64,000 nucleotides of DNA from Octopus sinensis (GCF_006345805.1 NC_043008.1:37882001-37946000), one strand, 5' to 3'; shown: positions 1 through 11,878, numbered from the stretch's first letter. Translations and numbers: made by a program. Notes: generated by a model from the sequence alone, not told the origin.

Positions 1-472
1 AACATGCAGGGAAATACACCAAACCATCCGGAATTGTGAATATACATAACAAAGAAAGAAACCTATCATATATGCATGTGTGTGTGTCTGCATGAGTGTG
101 TTTCTGTGTGTGTGTGAGTGTGTGTGTAGCTGTGTTTACATGTCCTTGTCTTAATATCACATGACAGTCGTAAACAAGTCTCACTGTCATACAAACACTG
201 CCAAACATTTCCAGTCTTCCATGGAAACCTGTCCTTCCAAAGGGAAACATTACTTTTCTTGGAAACAGGTGAGAATTGGCAAAAGGAATTACAGCCAGCC
301 ATAGAACATCTGCTCCCTTAAATTCCTGCTGACCCCTGCAGACATTGAAAAGTGGATGTTAAAAGGGTGATGAGGACTATCAGCTTTAAATCTCAATCAA
401 AATGTGTGGCTTTAATCAAAACATGTTACATAAATCAATTCATGTTCTTCCTTCTTTCTTTATGTCATAAGG

Positions 473-533
473 TCAAAGAAATGATTTTGTGAGGATTTCT
501 TTGGCAAGAGCTATCTGCCTGCCATGGAATCTT
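473..533 (-). CDS. Candidate terminal coding exon of an unidentified minus-strand host gene (K-RFHGRQIALAKEILTKSFL*)
   Basis: Acceptor catttttgtattcttccaag; the frame required by the upstream exon (phase 2) is open for 19 codons to TGA at 475-473. Manual prediction only. Confidence 0.45.
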
Positions 534-639
534 CTTGGAAGAATACAAAAATGTTTTGGGGTTTTTTTTTCTGTTCCCTTCGTTAAAGTATCTTTTTTAC
601 AAGACATTGTATAGTCAACAGAACTGGCAAAATCAAGAT

Positions 640-1215
640 CTTCATCTTCATCATTATCATCATTATCATAATCATCATCATCTTCATCATTATCATCATT
701 ATCATCATCATCTTCACCATTATCATCATTATCATCATTATCATCATCTTCATCACTATTATCATTAACATCATTATCATCATTATCATCATCGTTATCA
801 TCATCTTCATCATTATCCTCATCTTCATTATTATCATCATTATCATCATCATCCTCATCATTATCATCATCAACATCATTATCATTATTATCATCATCAT
901 TATCATCATCTTCATCATTATCATCATCATCTTCATTATTATCATTATTATCATCATCATCCTCATCATTATCATCATTAACATCATTATCATCATTGTT
1001 ATCATCGTCTTCATCATTATCATCCGTAACATCATTATCATCATCATCATCATCGTCAGCATCACTGTTGTTGTTATCATTGTCATCATTGTTGGTGTCA
1101 TCATCATCATCATCATCATCATCATTGCTGTCATCATTATCCTCCTCATCCTCCTCACCGTTGCCGACTTTGTCATTACTGTTGTTGTCTTTTCTTGATG
1201 CACCCTCTTCTCTCC
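640..1215. repeat. Long compound (CAT/TAT/CTT)n trinucleotide microsatellite
   Basis: About 570 bp of catcat/tatcat units; it produces the poly-His, poly-Met/Ile and poly-Ser ORFs in the track. Confidence 0.95.
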
Positions 1216-1315
1216 AATGATCTCCCCCATCTCTCAGGTCAGGTAAATATTGACCACAATTTCAATAAATAATAAACACAGGTGAAACTAAGAGCAGAGC
1301 TTTTCCATTGCTTAC

Positions 1316-1380
1316 TTAGATTTTAAATACTTCAAAAGAACAGCAATATCTAATAAAGCTTGGTTCTTGTAAAACTTTTG
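1316..1380 (-). CDS. Candidate coding exon, 65 nt, phase 0->2 (QKFYKNQALLDIAVLLKYLKS)
   Basis: Acceptor ggattattgctag, donor TAA|gtaagc; in frame with exon 1601-1490 across a 109-nt intron. Confidence 0.5.
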
Positions 1381-1489
1381 CTAGCAATAATCCAATGAAT
1401 TATGTTCATCAAACCAGAAACGAAAAAGGAAAATTTCAGTATAGTTGATGTAGGTAGCTTAAAGGAGTTCTGTTAGTTTACAGAATTAC

Positions 1490-1601
1490 TTTTAAATATG
1501 TGACTGCTAAAGGAAGTATAGACGATATGACCTCATTATGGGACTGATCAGTGACGAATTCAGGAACAATATTTGTTAATAAGAATCCTAAAATTTGACC
1601 T
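1490..1601 (-). CDS. Candidate coding exon, 112 nt, phase 2->0 (GQILGFLLTNIVPEFVTDQSHNEVISSILPLAVTYLK)
   Basis: Strong acceptor cctcatttttcacccag, donor AAA|gtaatt; lies within track ORF 1478..1666; non-repetitive, helical-looking peptide. Confidence 0.55.
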
Positions 1602-2152
1602 CTGGGTGAAAAATGAGGATTAAGATTCAGTACGTATTTGAGTGTTTCATTCAGAGTCAGAAACAATATTGATTAATAAGGGTTCTGGAAAATGACATGT
1701 TGGTGCAAAATGCTAACTTAATTTCATACAAATATGAAGTACAATGCAAAGCTGTATTCCCCTTATTTCTAAGTTCATTTTTACTATGATCCATTCATAA
1801 TTTGTTATTAAAAATGGAAATATACTTAAACTTATTCATTAGCTTTATTTGAAATTTTTACTGAACCACACAACTTTACTCCTTCAAGCAAAAAAGTCCA
1901 CAAATACACACACACTTTAGGTTTCCAGTATATTTCAGATAATAAAATCTGAATACTTTATATAGTGACATGTCAGGATGTTCTTGAGTGCTACCACTTG
2001 CTATCATATAACCCAATACAATCTGTTACATGGTTGGGTTGCTGGCAATTAAACTGGAAACTCCACCAGGTTTGCTTGGTAAGCAAGATGATTATTGGAC
2101 TCCCCTGTGTATAGGAAGTACAAATAACATGATAACTGATTGATAACATTTA

Positions 2153-2640
2153 TTGAGTTGTCCGGAAAATTCGTGCCGATTTATAGTAGCTTGCCTTTCG
2201 ATTTATTGGTTGAGTCCGTAAAATAGGATTTGACTACACCTCCATTTAGACCACAGTTTAAGCTATCTTTTCGTGGAAGAAGGTTTATGTTCCTATAACC
2301 TGTGTTGATTCTGTAACCCCTTCAAATGGAAGATAAGAAAGTTCATTTTTGGCACTTGATGCTTTGGGAACCAAACAAAAATTGCTGCAGCTCGGCTGGG
2401 ATGTGTTACCCCACCTTCCATATTCACCAGATATTGCGCCTTTGGATTTCCACTTATTCAGATCTCTACAGAATAATCTTAATGGTAAAAATTTCAATTC
2501 CTTGGATGACGTAAAACAATACCTTGATGAATTCTTTGCCATGAAACCACCTCAATTCTGAGAAGAGGGTATTTTCAAGTTAAAGGAAAGGTGGAGACAC
2601 ATTGAGCAACAAAATAGTTCATATTTGGTTGATTAAAAAT
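2153..2640 (+). mobile_element. Internally deleted mariner (Tc1/mariner) element
   Basis: TA followed by TIR-like TTGAGTTGTCCGGAAAATTCGTGCCGATTT; transposase N-terminus MEDKKVHFWHLMLWE joined directly to C-terminus TKQKLLQLGWDVLPHLPYSPDIAPLDFHLFRSLQN (YSPD motif). No 3' TIR seen. Confidence 0.9.
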
Positions 2641-2796
2641 GTAATGGTAAGTATTTATTGATTTACTTCTAAGTATTCAAGATATCAATGTGAAATTTGA
2701 TACACTACTAGATAATATTTTACTGATAAGTTATTAACTTTTTATTAGCCATGTAGCTGTTCTGGTTATTGGTGGGGTTGGAAGAGAAGTGGTCAC

Positions 2797-3012
2797 AGAA
2801 ATTTGCAGAGGGACAGAAAATTTTTAGAAGTGTTCAAAAGGTTCTTATTTTTTAGGAGGAGTGGAAAAGTTTTTAAGGGTTTTGAAAATTTTATAGGTGT
2901 CAAAGAATTTTTATGTAGAGAAATATTTCTTTGAAGAGTAGAAATTTTTCAGGAAAACAAACATTTTTATGAGGATTAGAAAACTTTTATAGGGGCCAGA
3001 AGATTTTTTACG
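2797..3012. repeat. Degenerate ~19-20-bp minisatellite (about 11 units, roughly AGAAAATTTTTAGGGGNN)
   Basis: Recurring gaaa...ttttt...(a)gg pattern with about 19-20-bp spacing, seen by eye. Confidence 0.6.
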
Positions 3013-3580
3013 TTTTAATCTCAAATTTGTATAAAGAAATAATATTTTGATACTGATGTTGTAAATAAAGTTATTGATTTATTTGAATGTTAATGCTTTA
3101 TACTAATTTTATGCAAAAATTTTACTGTTTTTATAAAGTTAAAAAATTCAAACTATGTCGATATCATGAGTTACTTTTCCATTATTTTTCAAGTATAAAT
3201 ATTTTTTAATTCTCATTGCATTATTTTATTGTTTTTTAAAAATATTCTGTGAGTACATATAACTAAATTCAGTCTGTGTAAAGTTTGTTTTAATTTTAAA
3301 TCTATAGAATAAAGTACAATTAATTTACGTGATATAATTTTTAAAATTTTCAGATTCTATATCTTCTTCAATAATCTAAAAGTCATGTTTGTATGTCTGA
3401 AATCATGTGTGTGTCTAGTCAGAAGCATAGGGTAAAAAAATTGAAGCCAAATTTAGAAACTGCAAATCAGATGAAGTTGTTTAACTATTTTGTTATGTTT
3501 TCAACCATGATTCATAGAAAGAAAACCTTCTGGGCTTTGAAGTCTTAATGGAATTCCAAAGAAGGATGTCAAAAGTAGTC

Positions 3581-3612
<32 letters not shown>

Positions 3613-3899
3613 AGTAGAGAGAAAGATAGTATGGTACAAACTGAAAGTGAAACAAAAGACTGCAGGAGAGAAAGAAATAAGGTTGGAATCTGTGAAATTG
3701 GTATTAAGTAGATGGCCTCAGTAACAGATATAGAATAGGATCAAAAGCATGTGTCTGATAAATAAAGCCTTCACCACACCAGGTCTATATAGATGCCTTA
3801 AAATCAAAATAAAAAAGCCAAGGTTAAAGAGGTAAGTTATTCAATTGCACTGATTAAAGGTGGGCTCGGAAGAAAGGCAACCAAGGATAGAATAAATAG

Positions 3900-6712
3900 G
3901 GCAACACTCTGCCAATTAGCTGAAATATTTACAACACTACTGATGTACCAACCCACTCCAATGTTGATTTGATGAATTGCAAGTTAGGAATTGTGTGTTC
4001 TAATTCAAGGAAGAGACATCAGGACTATGCTGTTATGATGGCAAAGTCATTTTGGGGTCATTACCAGTCCAGTTTCATTTTGTTAATGAATATTTACCAC
4101 AAGGAGATGAGATTGGAGGTATGGGATACACACTTTGGTGAACTTGGGAAGATTTTTCTCATGGTGGGTTCCCTACTTCCAACAGAAAAAAGTTATGCTA
4201 AATATCTCCAATCTGTTTTCTTGACACACTTGAAGAACATCCAGCTGTTAGGCAACAGCAGCTGCAGCCTAAAACCAGCATTTCTTAAAAAAAACTTAGG
4301 AAGTGCTTTCAAGTAAATAATCGCCTGGTTAGTGTATTGAAAACATTATGGGAAGCATTTCAAGAAGTAAGTATTGGGGAATGACAGATTATCAGAAAAG
4401 GAAGACAAAAAAACATTGAGAGAGCACAAACAGTGTTTCAATTGAGCTTACAGCTCCAGAAGTTGCCACTTTTACAGATAATGAACCAAAAACTAAGAGA
4501 TAAAGTTCTGTGAATTGCATTCTTCTTATGATGCACTGTAATATCCATTTATATTCCCATATGGACCAGATGGCTGCCATATCTACCTTTGAACCAAAAC
4601 AGCTTCTGGAGAACTAGGGCATAATTTTTACAAAATATGTACTGTGGCCAGTATCTAATGTTGGGGGAGAGGGCAGCAATGGAAGTTTGTAAATTTGCTG
4701 CCTTCTTCAGCAGTTTCTGGTCGATGTGTTACAAGACAGAAATTGAAAGACTAGGTTACATTTGTTGCAACAAAAAGAACTCATGCTATCAACAATACAA
4801 GCCATAACTTTTATCTGGTGATGATGATCCCAGAAATGTGTGGGAGAAAGTTGTACTTCCAGTAAAATTCACTGGAGGACCCATGATTAATGCATACAAG
4901 ACAGAATAATGCCATAGCATATGTTCACTTCATGGTAAAATATGATTACTTCATAATTATGACCTGCAACCCAAACTGGAAGATTACAGGTAATCCTCCT
5001 GCTGTGATAGGATCCTCATGATATACATGATCTCATCTCTCAAGTGTTTAGCCAGAAGCTGAAGAAAATTATGAGGATTCTAAAACAAAACACTTTTGAG
5101 ATGATGTGAGCTTTTCTTTACATGGTTGACTACCTGAAGCATTGTCTACACCATGCTCACATTCTTCTATGGGTAGCATCAGAAGAGAACAATATCAAGC
5201 CTGGTGTTGTAGACAAGTTTTCTAGGGTAGAGGTTCCTGACAAGGATAAAGATCCTGAATTCCACAAGGCAATTATGTCTCACATAATGCATGGCCTCTG
5301 TGAACTTTTCAACAATAACAGTCCTTACATGAAGACTACACGAAAGAAAAAGATGAGTTCCAAGAACTCCCCAAATTGCCCTAGCTACAGCATCCCTGAG
5401 CAATACAGCAACACTGCTTCAAGGAGGATGAACAATTCATAACACATTCAAGATTCCACTCAACACCCATTTACATGTGGCATAGAATATGTATCAAACT
5501 TGTGCAAGAGTTATCTCAAGGACAGAGCTCATATAGTTATAGATGAAGTACCAGCAATGAACAGAGCCAGTTTATGAAGCAATAGAGGGCAATATTGAAG
5601 ACATCGTTACAGTTAATAAACCATTAGGAGACGTCCCCAAACTTCTCTGTGGAGACTTCAGACAGATCTTCCCAGTGATAGAGGATGGTACAAGATCTAA
5701 TATAATCAATGTGAACCTGAGAAATCCTTACCTGTGGTGTAATATAACCATCAAGCACTTGACCACTGACATGAAAGCTCACCTATCAGGTGAGGAGGAA
5801 GCTGCCGCTTTGCAAGGTTGTTAATAGAAATTGGAGATGTACAGATCTCCATGGTGGCAGAACATGAAACCATTAATATTCCTCAGAAATTGAGGTAAAC
5901 TGTCTCATCAATAGAGCAGCTCAAAAAGTGATGTCTTTTTTGCATCGTTACCATTGAAATCAAGTCTGAGTGGTTGGCTGGAAAAGCAAAACTGTCTCCT
6001 TTAAATACCGATAACAATCAGCTCAATAATAAGCTACTTGAAGAATTTCCAGGTGAAGAGAACCTACAAGGCAGTGGATAATGTTAGGGATGAAGATGTT
6101 GTGACTTATCCAATGAAGCTCTTAGTCTCAATTGAGCTTTTAGCAACATCCTCTAACATCGTGAAATTTAAAGTTTAGGCCTTCATCAAGATTCTGAGGA
6201 ATATGGATCCTTCAAAAGCAGTAAATGGAACCAAGTGCATCGTCTCATGGTTCCATGCTGATGCCACTGGTCGCTATAAAATTCAATAATGCCTTCCTAC
6301 CAAAAATTCCATTGTCTCCATCATTTAATAAGTTTGGGTGTCTCCAGTTTCCACACAAGCAGTGTTGTGATATAACAATGAAAAAGGCACAACAGCAGAC
6401 CTTTAAAGCAATCAGCTTGGATCACTCAATTCAGTGTTTCTCTCATGTGCAATTATATATGATGGCTTCCAGAACTGAGGATGCCAAGAAATTAATTGTC
6501 CTGGCTGTAAAGGACTTAACAAGAATTATGGTGGACTAAGGGGGTTTATCAGATTGAGGCATTTCTGCATGACATAAGCCAAAGAGTCAAGTTAGGAAGG
6601 GGGCAGTACGATAATAAAATTATCAATAAAAACATTTTTATCCAATATAGTTTAATTTTATTCTTAATTAGTCATAGCTGCAAATCAAGTCGTTGCCTGG
6701 GTACTCAGACAT
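3900..6712 (+). mobile_element. Decayed autonomous Helitron (Rep + Pif1 helicase pseudogene)
   Basis: Frameshifted motifs in order: LLQQFLVD, LP.KFTGGP, IMTCNPNW, HAHILLW (HUH), MHG.C...SP.M, IVIDE, CGDFRQIFPV, LRNMDP...NGT, FLPKIPLSP, QFP...TMKKAQQQT, FSHVQLYMMASR. Degenerate 3' hairpin plus GGGTACTCAG near 6684-6710. 5' boundary uncertain. Confidence 0.92.
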
Positions 6713-7139
6713 ATTTATGTGTGTGTGCCTGTTGTGTGAATGTATATATATATATATATATAAATTATAATTTAGGGTATCTTCGCTGGAAATAGCAGCC
6801 AAAACTTGACTCTAAAACCACATTAAATGCTCATACAGCACCAAGAGAGAAGACAGTTTTAGGCAGGCAATTTAAACTGGTCATGTGCATACATGCATAT
6901 ATATGTACGTATACATTTGTATATGTAAGTATTCATATGTTATATGTATATATATGTGTATTTATGTTGCTATCTGTGTATATTCCACTGATGAGGCAAA
7001 GCATTTCTTATGCAGAGCCAGAAATCCAGTAAACATTTTGCTAGTTTATTTTGTCTTTTTGTCTTCTCTCCTGTTGCTGTATATATATATATTAACATAA
7101 TTGGCAAAAAATATCACCATCCTCAAATATAACAAGATA

Positions 7140-7175
<36 letters not shown>

Positions 7176-7940
7176 TGTATGTATGTATGTATGTGTGTAT
7201 ACATATATGTATATATATATGTACATACATGCATATGGATGAGGACAGCTGCATAAAGAAGTGCTGAGCTTTAACCATGGAGAGAACCTGTAGAAGTGGT
7301 TGGCATTAGGAAGAGCATCCAGCCATAGAAACCATACCACAACTGGCAAATGGAGTTTGGCCATCTCCCTGGCTGAGCAGCTCCCTGGTTGGCCACCTTC
7401 CTGGTTGGACAGCTCCTGCCAAGCCATCCAATCCATGCCACCGTGGAAAATGGATGCTAAACGATGATCATGATGAAAAGGAGGAGGAGAATGATATGTG
7501 TGTGTATTTGTTTGTGTGTGTAAATATGATGGGCTTCTTTCAGTTCCTCTCTACCAAATTCCCTTACCAGTCATTGGTCAGGTGAGGTCTATGGTAAAAG
7601 ACACTTACTCAAGGTATTGGTCTTCTGCAGTTCTGCAGTGGGTCTGAAACAAAAACTTTGTGGCCAAGAAGCTAACATTTTTTCTTAACAACACAGCCGT
7701 TCCTGTGCCTAAAAGAAAATTATTAAAAATGAAAAACCACTTTCAGGATAAAGAGAAAACAAATAAATACAAAATAAAATAAAGAAAACAAATTAAGTAA
7801 GTGTGCTTAAGAATTTAATCTAATTTGAGAGACTTAAAGTGATTTGAACACTCTTAATTAGACTAAAATAGCTTAACAAAATCTACTTAATTCTGAATAA
7901 TTGACTTATATTGTATTATTGAGAAATATTTTTATTATAC

Positions 7941-7968
7941 CTTGTCATTTTCATATATTCTATTAATT
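7941..7968 (-). CDS. Candidate 28-nt exon, phase 1->2 (E-LIEYMKMT-R)
   Basis: Acceptor aagtatttcag, donor AAG|gtataa; supplies the phase needed between 14603-14597 and 1601-1490. Confidence 0.35.
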
Positions 7969-8124
7969 CTGAAATACTTCTTCATGTCAGGATCTATGAT
8001 GTAATTCTAATTTAGCCATTTTGTTAATCGTATGACAGCAAAAATATTTCCCTTTCTTGGATGATGTTTATGATTGTGAAAGATGCTGTCTGGAGATGGT
8101 TTTAATCATGATCATCATCATGAT

Positions 8125-8460
8125 CATCATCATCATAGTTTAACGTCCGTTTTCCATGCTAGCATGGGTTGGATGGTTCGACTGGGGTCTGGGAAGCCAG
8201 GATGCTGCACCAGGCTCCAGTCTGATCTGGCAGTGTTTCTACAGCTGGATGCCCTTCCTAACGCCAACCACTTCATGAGTGTTGAGTGTAGTGGGTGCTT
8301 TTTACGTCCCACTGGCATAGGGGCCAGAGGAGGCTGGCAAATGACCATGATCGGTTGATGCTTTTATATGTCACCAACACAGATGCCAGTCAGGCGGCGC
8401 TGGCATCTGCCACATTTGGACACTTCTTTTAACCTGTCACCAGCATGAGTATCTTAACTA
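8125..8460 (-). mobile_element. RTE-LINE 3' UTR fragment ending in (GAT)n
   Basis: Reverse complement of the shared tail gcacccactacactc...ggcgttaggaagggcatccagctgtagaaac...catgctagcatggaaa.cggacgttaaa + (GAT)n. Confidence 0.8.
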
Positions 8461-8875
8461 CAATTTCCATTTGATAACCTTTTTGGTATTTCCTCTGTTC
8501 ATTTAGTCATCACTCCACTGGCTATGATCTTGTGATGGAGCGCTACAATCAGGGGTGCCTACTCTAACTTGCAAGCATCGTCTATGCTGTATATCATGAG
8601 ATCCATAGTAGTCACAGTACAAGATTTCATATTATGAAATCTTCTGTAAATTTTGGCAACATTTTTCTCACTCTTTCAAAACGGTTTTCTCATTTCTGAA
8701 GCAACAATCCCAAATCCTCAAGCTTCTTGTTTTGGGGGAATGATTTGAGAGATATTGGAAAGATTTAATACAAACGTGAAAATATAATTGTGAGAGATTT
8801 GTCATGCACAGAATTATTGGTTGCTGGATCAACGAATTTGTGGCAGTTACTTCCCTTCTAGCTATAACTCTCTAG

Positions 8876-9010
8876 CAAGCAGTTGTTAACGAACATAACA
8901 AAAATACAATAACCAAAGATATTTTAAAATTACAGAAGAAACACAGGTTAAATATGCATGGCCTTTTCAGAAAGCAACAGAATAATCATGGCTGTTTAAC
9001 TGTTAAACAG
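8876..9010 (+). CDS. Low-confidence plus-strand exon candidate (QAVVNEHNKNTITKDILKLQKKHRLNMHGLFRKQQNNHGCLTVKQ)
   Basis: Acceptor ataactctctag, donor CAG|gtgctg, 135 nt open, phase 0->0; could be chance. Confidence 0.2.
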
Positions 9011-9219
9011 GTGCTGTATGAAGACCTAATATGTGTGTAAAATATGCTCTGATAGTGGCTCCAAGCAATGGTGATTCTAAGTCTTGGTTATCAGTGTGTG
9101 CAAAAATCTGATACTACAAAAATTATTTCCCTGTACAAAGTATGAGTGCATTGACTACTTATGCAAACTTTGGCAGGTAGAAGCACCAATCGGCAAACAA
9201 TTTGCTGAAAGTATTGACA

Positions 9220-9455
9220 AGGCGCAGCAGTGGCTGTGTGGTAAGTAGCTTGCTTACCTACCACATGGTTCTGGGTTCAGTCCCACTGCATGGCACCTTG
9301 GGCAAGTGTCTTCTACTATAGCCTCGGGCTGACTAAAGCCTTGTGAGTGAATTTGGTAGATGGAAACTAAAAGAAGCCTGTCGTATATATGTACATATAT
9401 ATATATACATATGTGTGTGTTTGTGTCTGTGTTTGTCCCCCCACATCACCTGATA
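9220..9455 (+). mobile_element. SINE family A, 5' part
   Basis: tRNA-like head ggctgtgtggtaagtagcttgctt...gggttcagtcccactg, body ccttgggcaagtgtcttctactatagcc, internal (TA)n(TG)n tract. Confidence 0.85.
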
Positions 9456-9590
9456 ACCGATGCACTGTCATTATAAAAAAGAGAACTCCTTTGACTTACT
9501 CAGCAGCAACTAGCATATTATGTGTTTGAAATTGTTTCAGGATAAGTTGACACATCCTATCTTTCATTGTTAGTAAAACTGTATCGAGGG

Positions 9591-9995
9591 TTTACTCTTT
9601 TGCATGTTTCAGTCATTTGACTGTGGCCATGCTGGAGCACTGCCTTTAGTAGAGTAAATCGACCCCAGGATTTATTCTTTGTAAGCCTAGTACTTATTCT
9701 ATCAGTTTCTTTTGCTGAACCGCTAAGTTACGGGGATGTAAACACACCAGCAACAGTTGTCAAGCAATGTTGGGGGGACAAACACAGACACATAAACATA
9801 TACACACACACACATATATATATACATATATACGACAGGCTTCTTACAGTTTCCATCTACCAAATACACTCACAAGGCTTTGGTTAGTCGAGGTTGTAGT
9901 AGAAGACACTTGCCCAAGGTGCTATGCAGTGGGACTGAACCCAGAACTATGTGGTTGGTAAGCAAGCTACTTACCACACAGTCACTCATATGCCT
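9591..9995 (-). mobile_element. SINE family A, full length
   Basis: Reverse complement of the family A head, body and tail (ggccacagtcaaatgactgaaaca...aaagag). Confidence 0.9.
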
Positions 9996-10437
9996 TTGAT
10001 AATAACTCCTGCATACCAACAACCTTACTGCCGTCATTCACAAAAATTACTTTTAAGGGAGCTTATTAAAAGTTTTCTGAGAATTTTATTAAGATAAACT
10101 TAACAAAACTACTCTAGATTTAAAGATATTTAGGAACATTATCAAAGGAAATTTTGGTGAATTTTTGTAAATTTTTATTAAATCAAAATTCAGAAAGTTT
10201 TAATTAGTTTTAAGTATAGTCATTAATTACTGCATTATTTTAAGCAACTAATCTTTAGTGTGCTGTTTGCAAATTGCTTAGCTTAGCTTATTAAGAACAA
10301 CATGTCCAGTTCTGTCAATCCATTTTTCTTGCTTGTATTTCAGATTAAAAGAGATATTTATTTTCTAAAATACTGGTTAAAGCAATTCAGCTGTAACATT
10401 TTAGTGATGTCCAAAAGGTGGATGAAATAATGCTATT

Positions 10438-10727
10438 TGTAGTGTGAAGGAGGAAAAGGACAACAGCAAAAGAAGCAAATGGGAGGAAGAAATACAAAGG
10501 GCCTTACCTGTAGGCCTCGGCAGAATGAGCGATCACTCTCAAGGAATAAACACAGCCTTGCTTGCTGTCGTCTCTGCTCGAACTGACCACACGTACTTCC
10601 TGCCCACGCATGCCCCTGTGGCTCTTCTGCTGGCCCCTGCAGTCTTCACTTCCCTTTTACCTCATCTGCAATCCTCTCCACCAACACCACATAGCTCATC
10701 ACAGCCCATAACACTGCTAACACCACA
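10438..10727 (+). mobile_element. Solo LTR (290 bp) with 5-bp TSD
   Basis: Begins TGTAGTG and ends CACCACA (6/7 inverted match, TG...CA); CTATT duplicated at 10433-10437 and 10728-10732; AATAAA at 10545-10550. Confidence 0.75.
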
Positions 10728-11189
10728 CTATTCATGGGTATCAGTGACTTTAAAAACTCTATCACATGAATATGAATAACAAATGAATTGCTCCAACATG
10801 GACACAGTCAAATGACTGAAACAAGTAAAAGGGTAAAAGAGTATAGAGAGAGATATGGATACTCTTTATTGTTTAATGTGATTATAAATTCCTCAACAAG
10901 CTTAAAGCTAGAAGTAACTGTTTCCCCTTCGGTTGCAGTAGCAGCATGATGGTGCTATATTTTCAATCTTTTACTTGTTTCAGTCATAAGACTGTGGCCA
11001 TTCTGCCATGTTGGTGCCAGTGCTGTGTCTAGAGTATCTGCCACCCGAAGCAGTCAGTGATTTTACCTCCTTCTACAAAGTGTTTTCGCATTTATTTATC
11101 AAATTTTATAAAAGATGTTTTTGTTTCCTGTATAATAATACACTATTTTTAGTAAAGTGTTTATAAAATAATGTAAATACATCTAATCT

Positions 11190-11640
11190 TCTTTATCTTT
11201 TTTAGTTGTCTTAGATTTTTGACTGTCGCCATGCTGAGGCATCATCTTGGAGCGGTTTAATTGAACAAACTGATGCCAGAACTTGTTTCTTTTCTCAAGT
11301 CTGATTCATATTTAATTGATCTGATACCAAACTGCTGAGCTACTGGAATGTTAACAAACCAACACCATCTTTCAAGTAGTGAGTGGGGGCAAAAACTAAC
11401 ACAAAGATACTGTTTCTCTTTCTCCCTTTCTCTCTCTCTCTCTCTCTCCCTCTCTCTCTCTTTCACACACACAATGGGCTTCCACCACACAGGTTCTGTC
11501 CACCAAATTCACTCACAAAACATTGTTCAACCTGGGGCTATTGTAGAAGACACTTTTCCAAAATGCTGTATGGAGGGACTGAAAACAGAACCACATGGTT
11601 ACAAAGTGAGCTCCTTAACTCTACAGCCCTACAACTATTG
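11190..11640 (-). mobile_element. SINE family A, diverged copy with internal (CT)n
   Basis: Recognisable family A blocks (actcacaa..., ggggctattgtagaagacac, gactgtcgccatgctg) on the minus strand. Confidence 0.7.
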
Positions 11641-11649
11641 CTAGGAAAT

Positions 11650-11878
11650 TATACATTTCTTATTTCTTTATTGCCCACAAGGGGCTAAACATAGAGGGGA
11701 CGAACAAGGACAGACAATGGGATTAAATCGATTACATCGACCCCAGTGCATGACTGGTACTTAATTTATCGATGAAAGGCAAAGTTAACCTTGGCGGAAT
11801 TTGAACTCAGAACATAACAGCAGATGAAATACCTCTATGCATTTTGCTTGGTGTGCTAATGTTTCTGCCAGCTCACCA
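11650..11878 (-). mobile_element. SINE family B
   Basis: Reverse complement of gagctggcagaaac.ttagca...gagttcaaattccgcc.aggt.aactttgcctttcatc...gataaattaagtaccag...gggcaataaagaaataag. Confidence 0.85.

Noticed and set aside
535-1230. His-rich, Met/Ile-rich and Ser-rich ORFs
   Set aside because: They are translations of the (CAT/TAT)n microsatellite in different frames, with no splice or codon evidence.
8618-8642. 10-bp perfect hairpins (aagatttcat-att-atgaaatctt; also ttgttgataa-ttc-ttatcaacaa near 61735)
   Set aside because: A few such AT-rich hairpins are expected by chance in 64 kb, and no supporting context was found.
8780-9150. Possible hAT transposase remnant
   Set aside because: Only vague resemblance to HC.AH and RW motifs; not supportable without alignment.
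9220-9300. tRNA-like sequences at SINE heads
   Set aside because: A/B-box similarity only; they continue into SINE bodies and do not form full cloverleaves, so they are not called tRNA genes.
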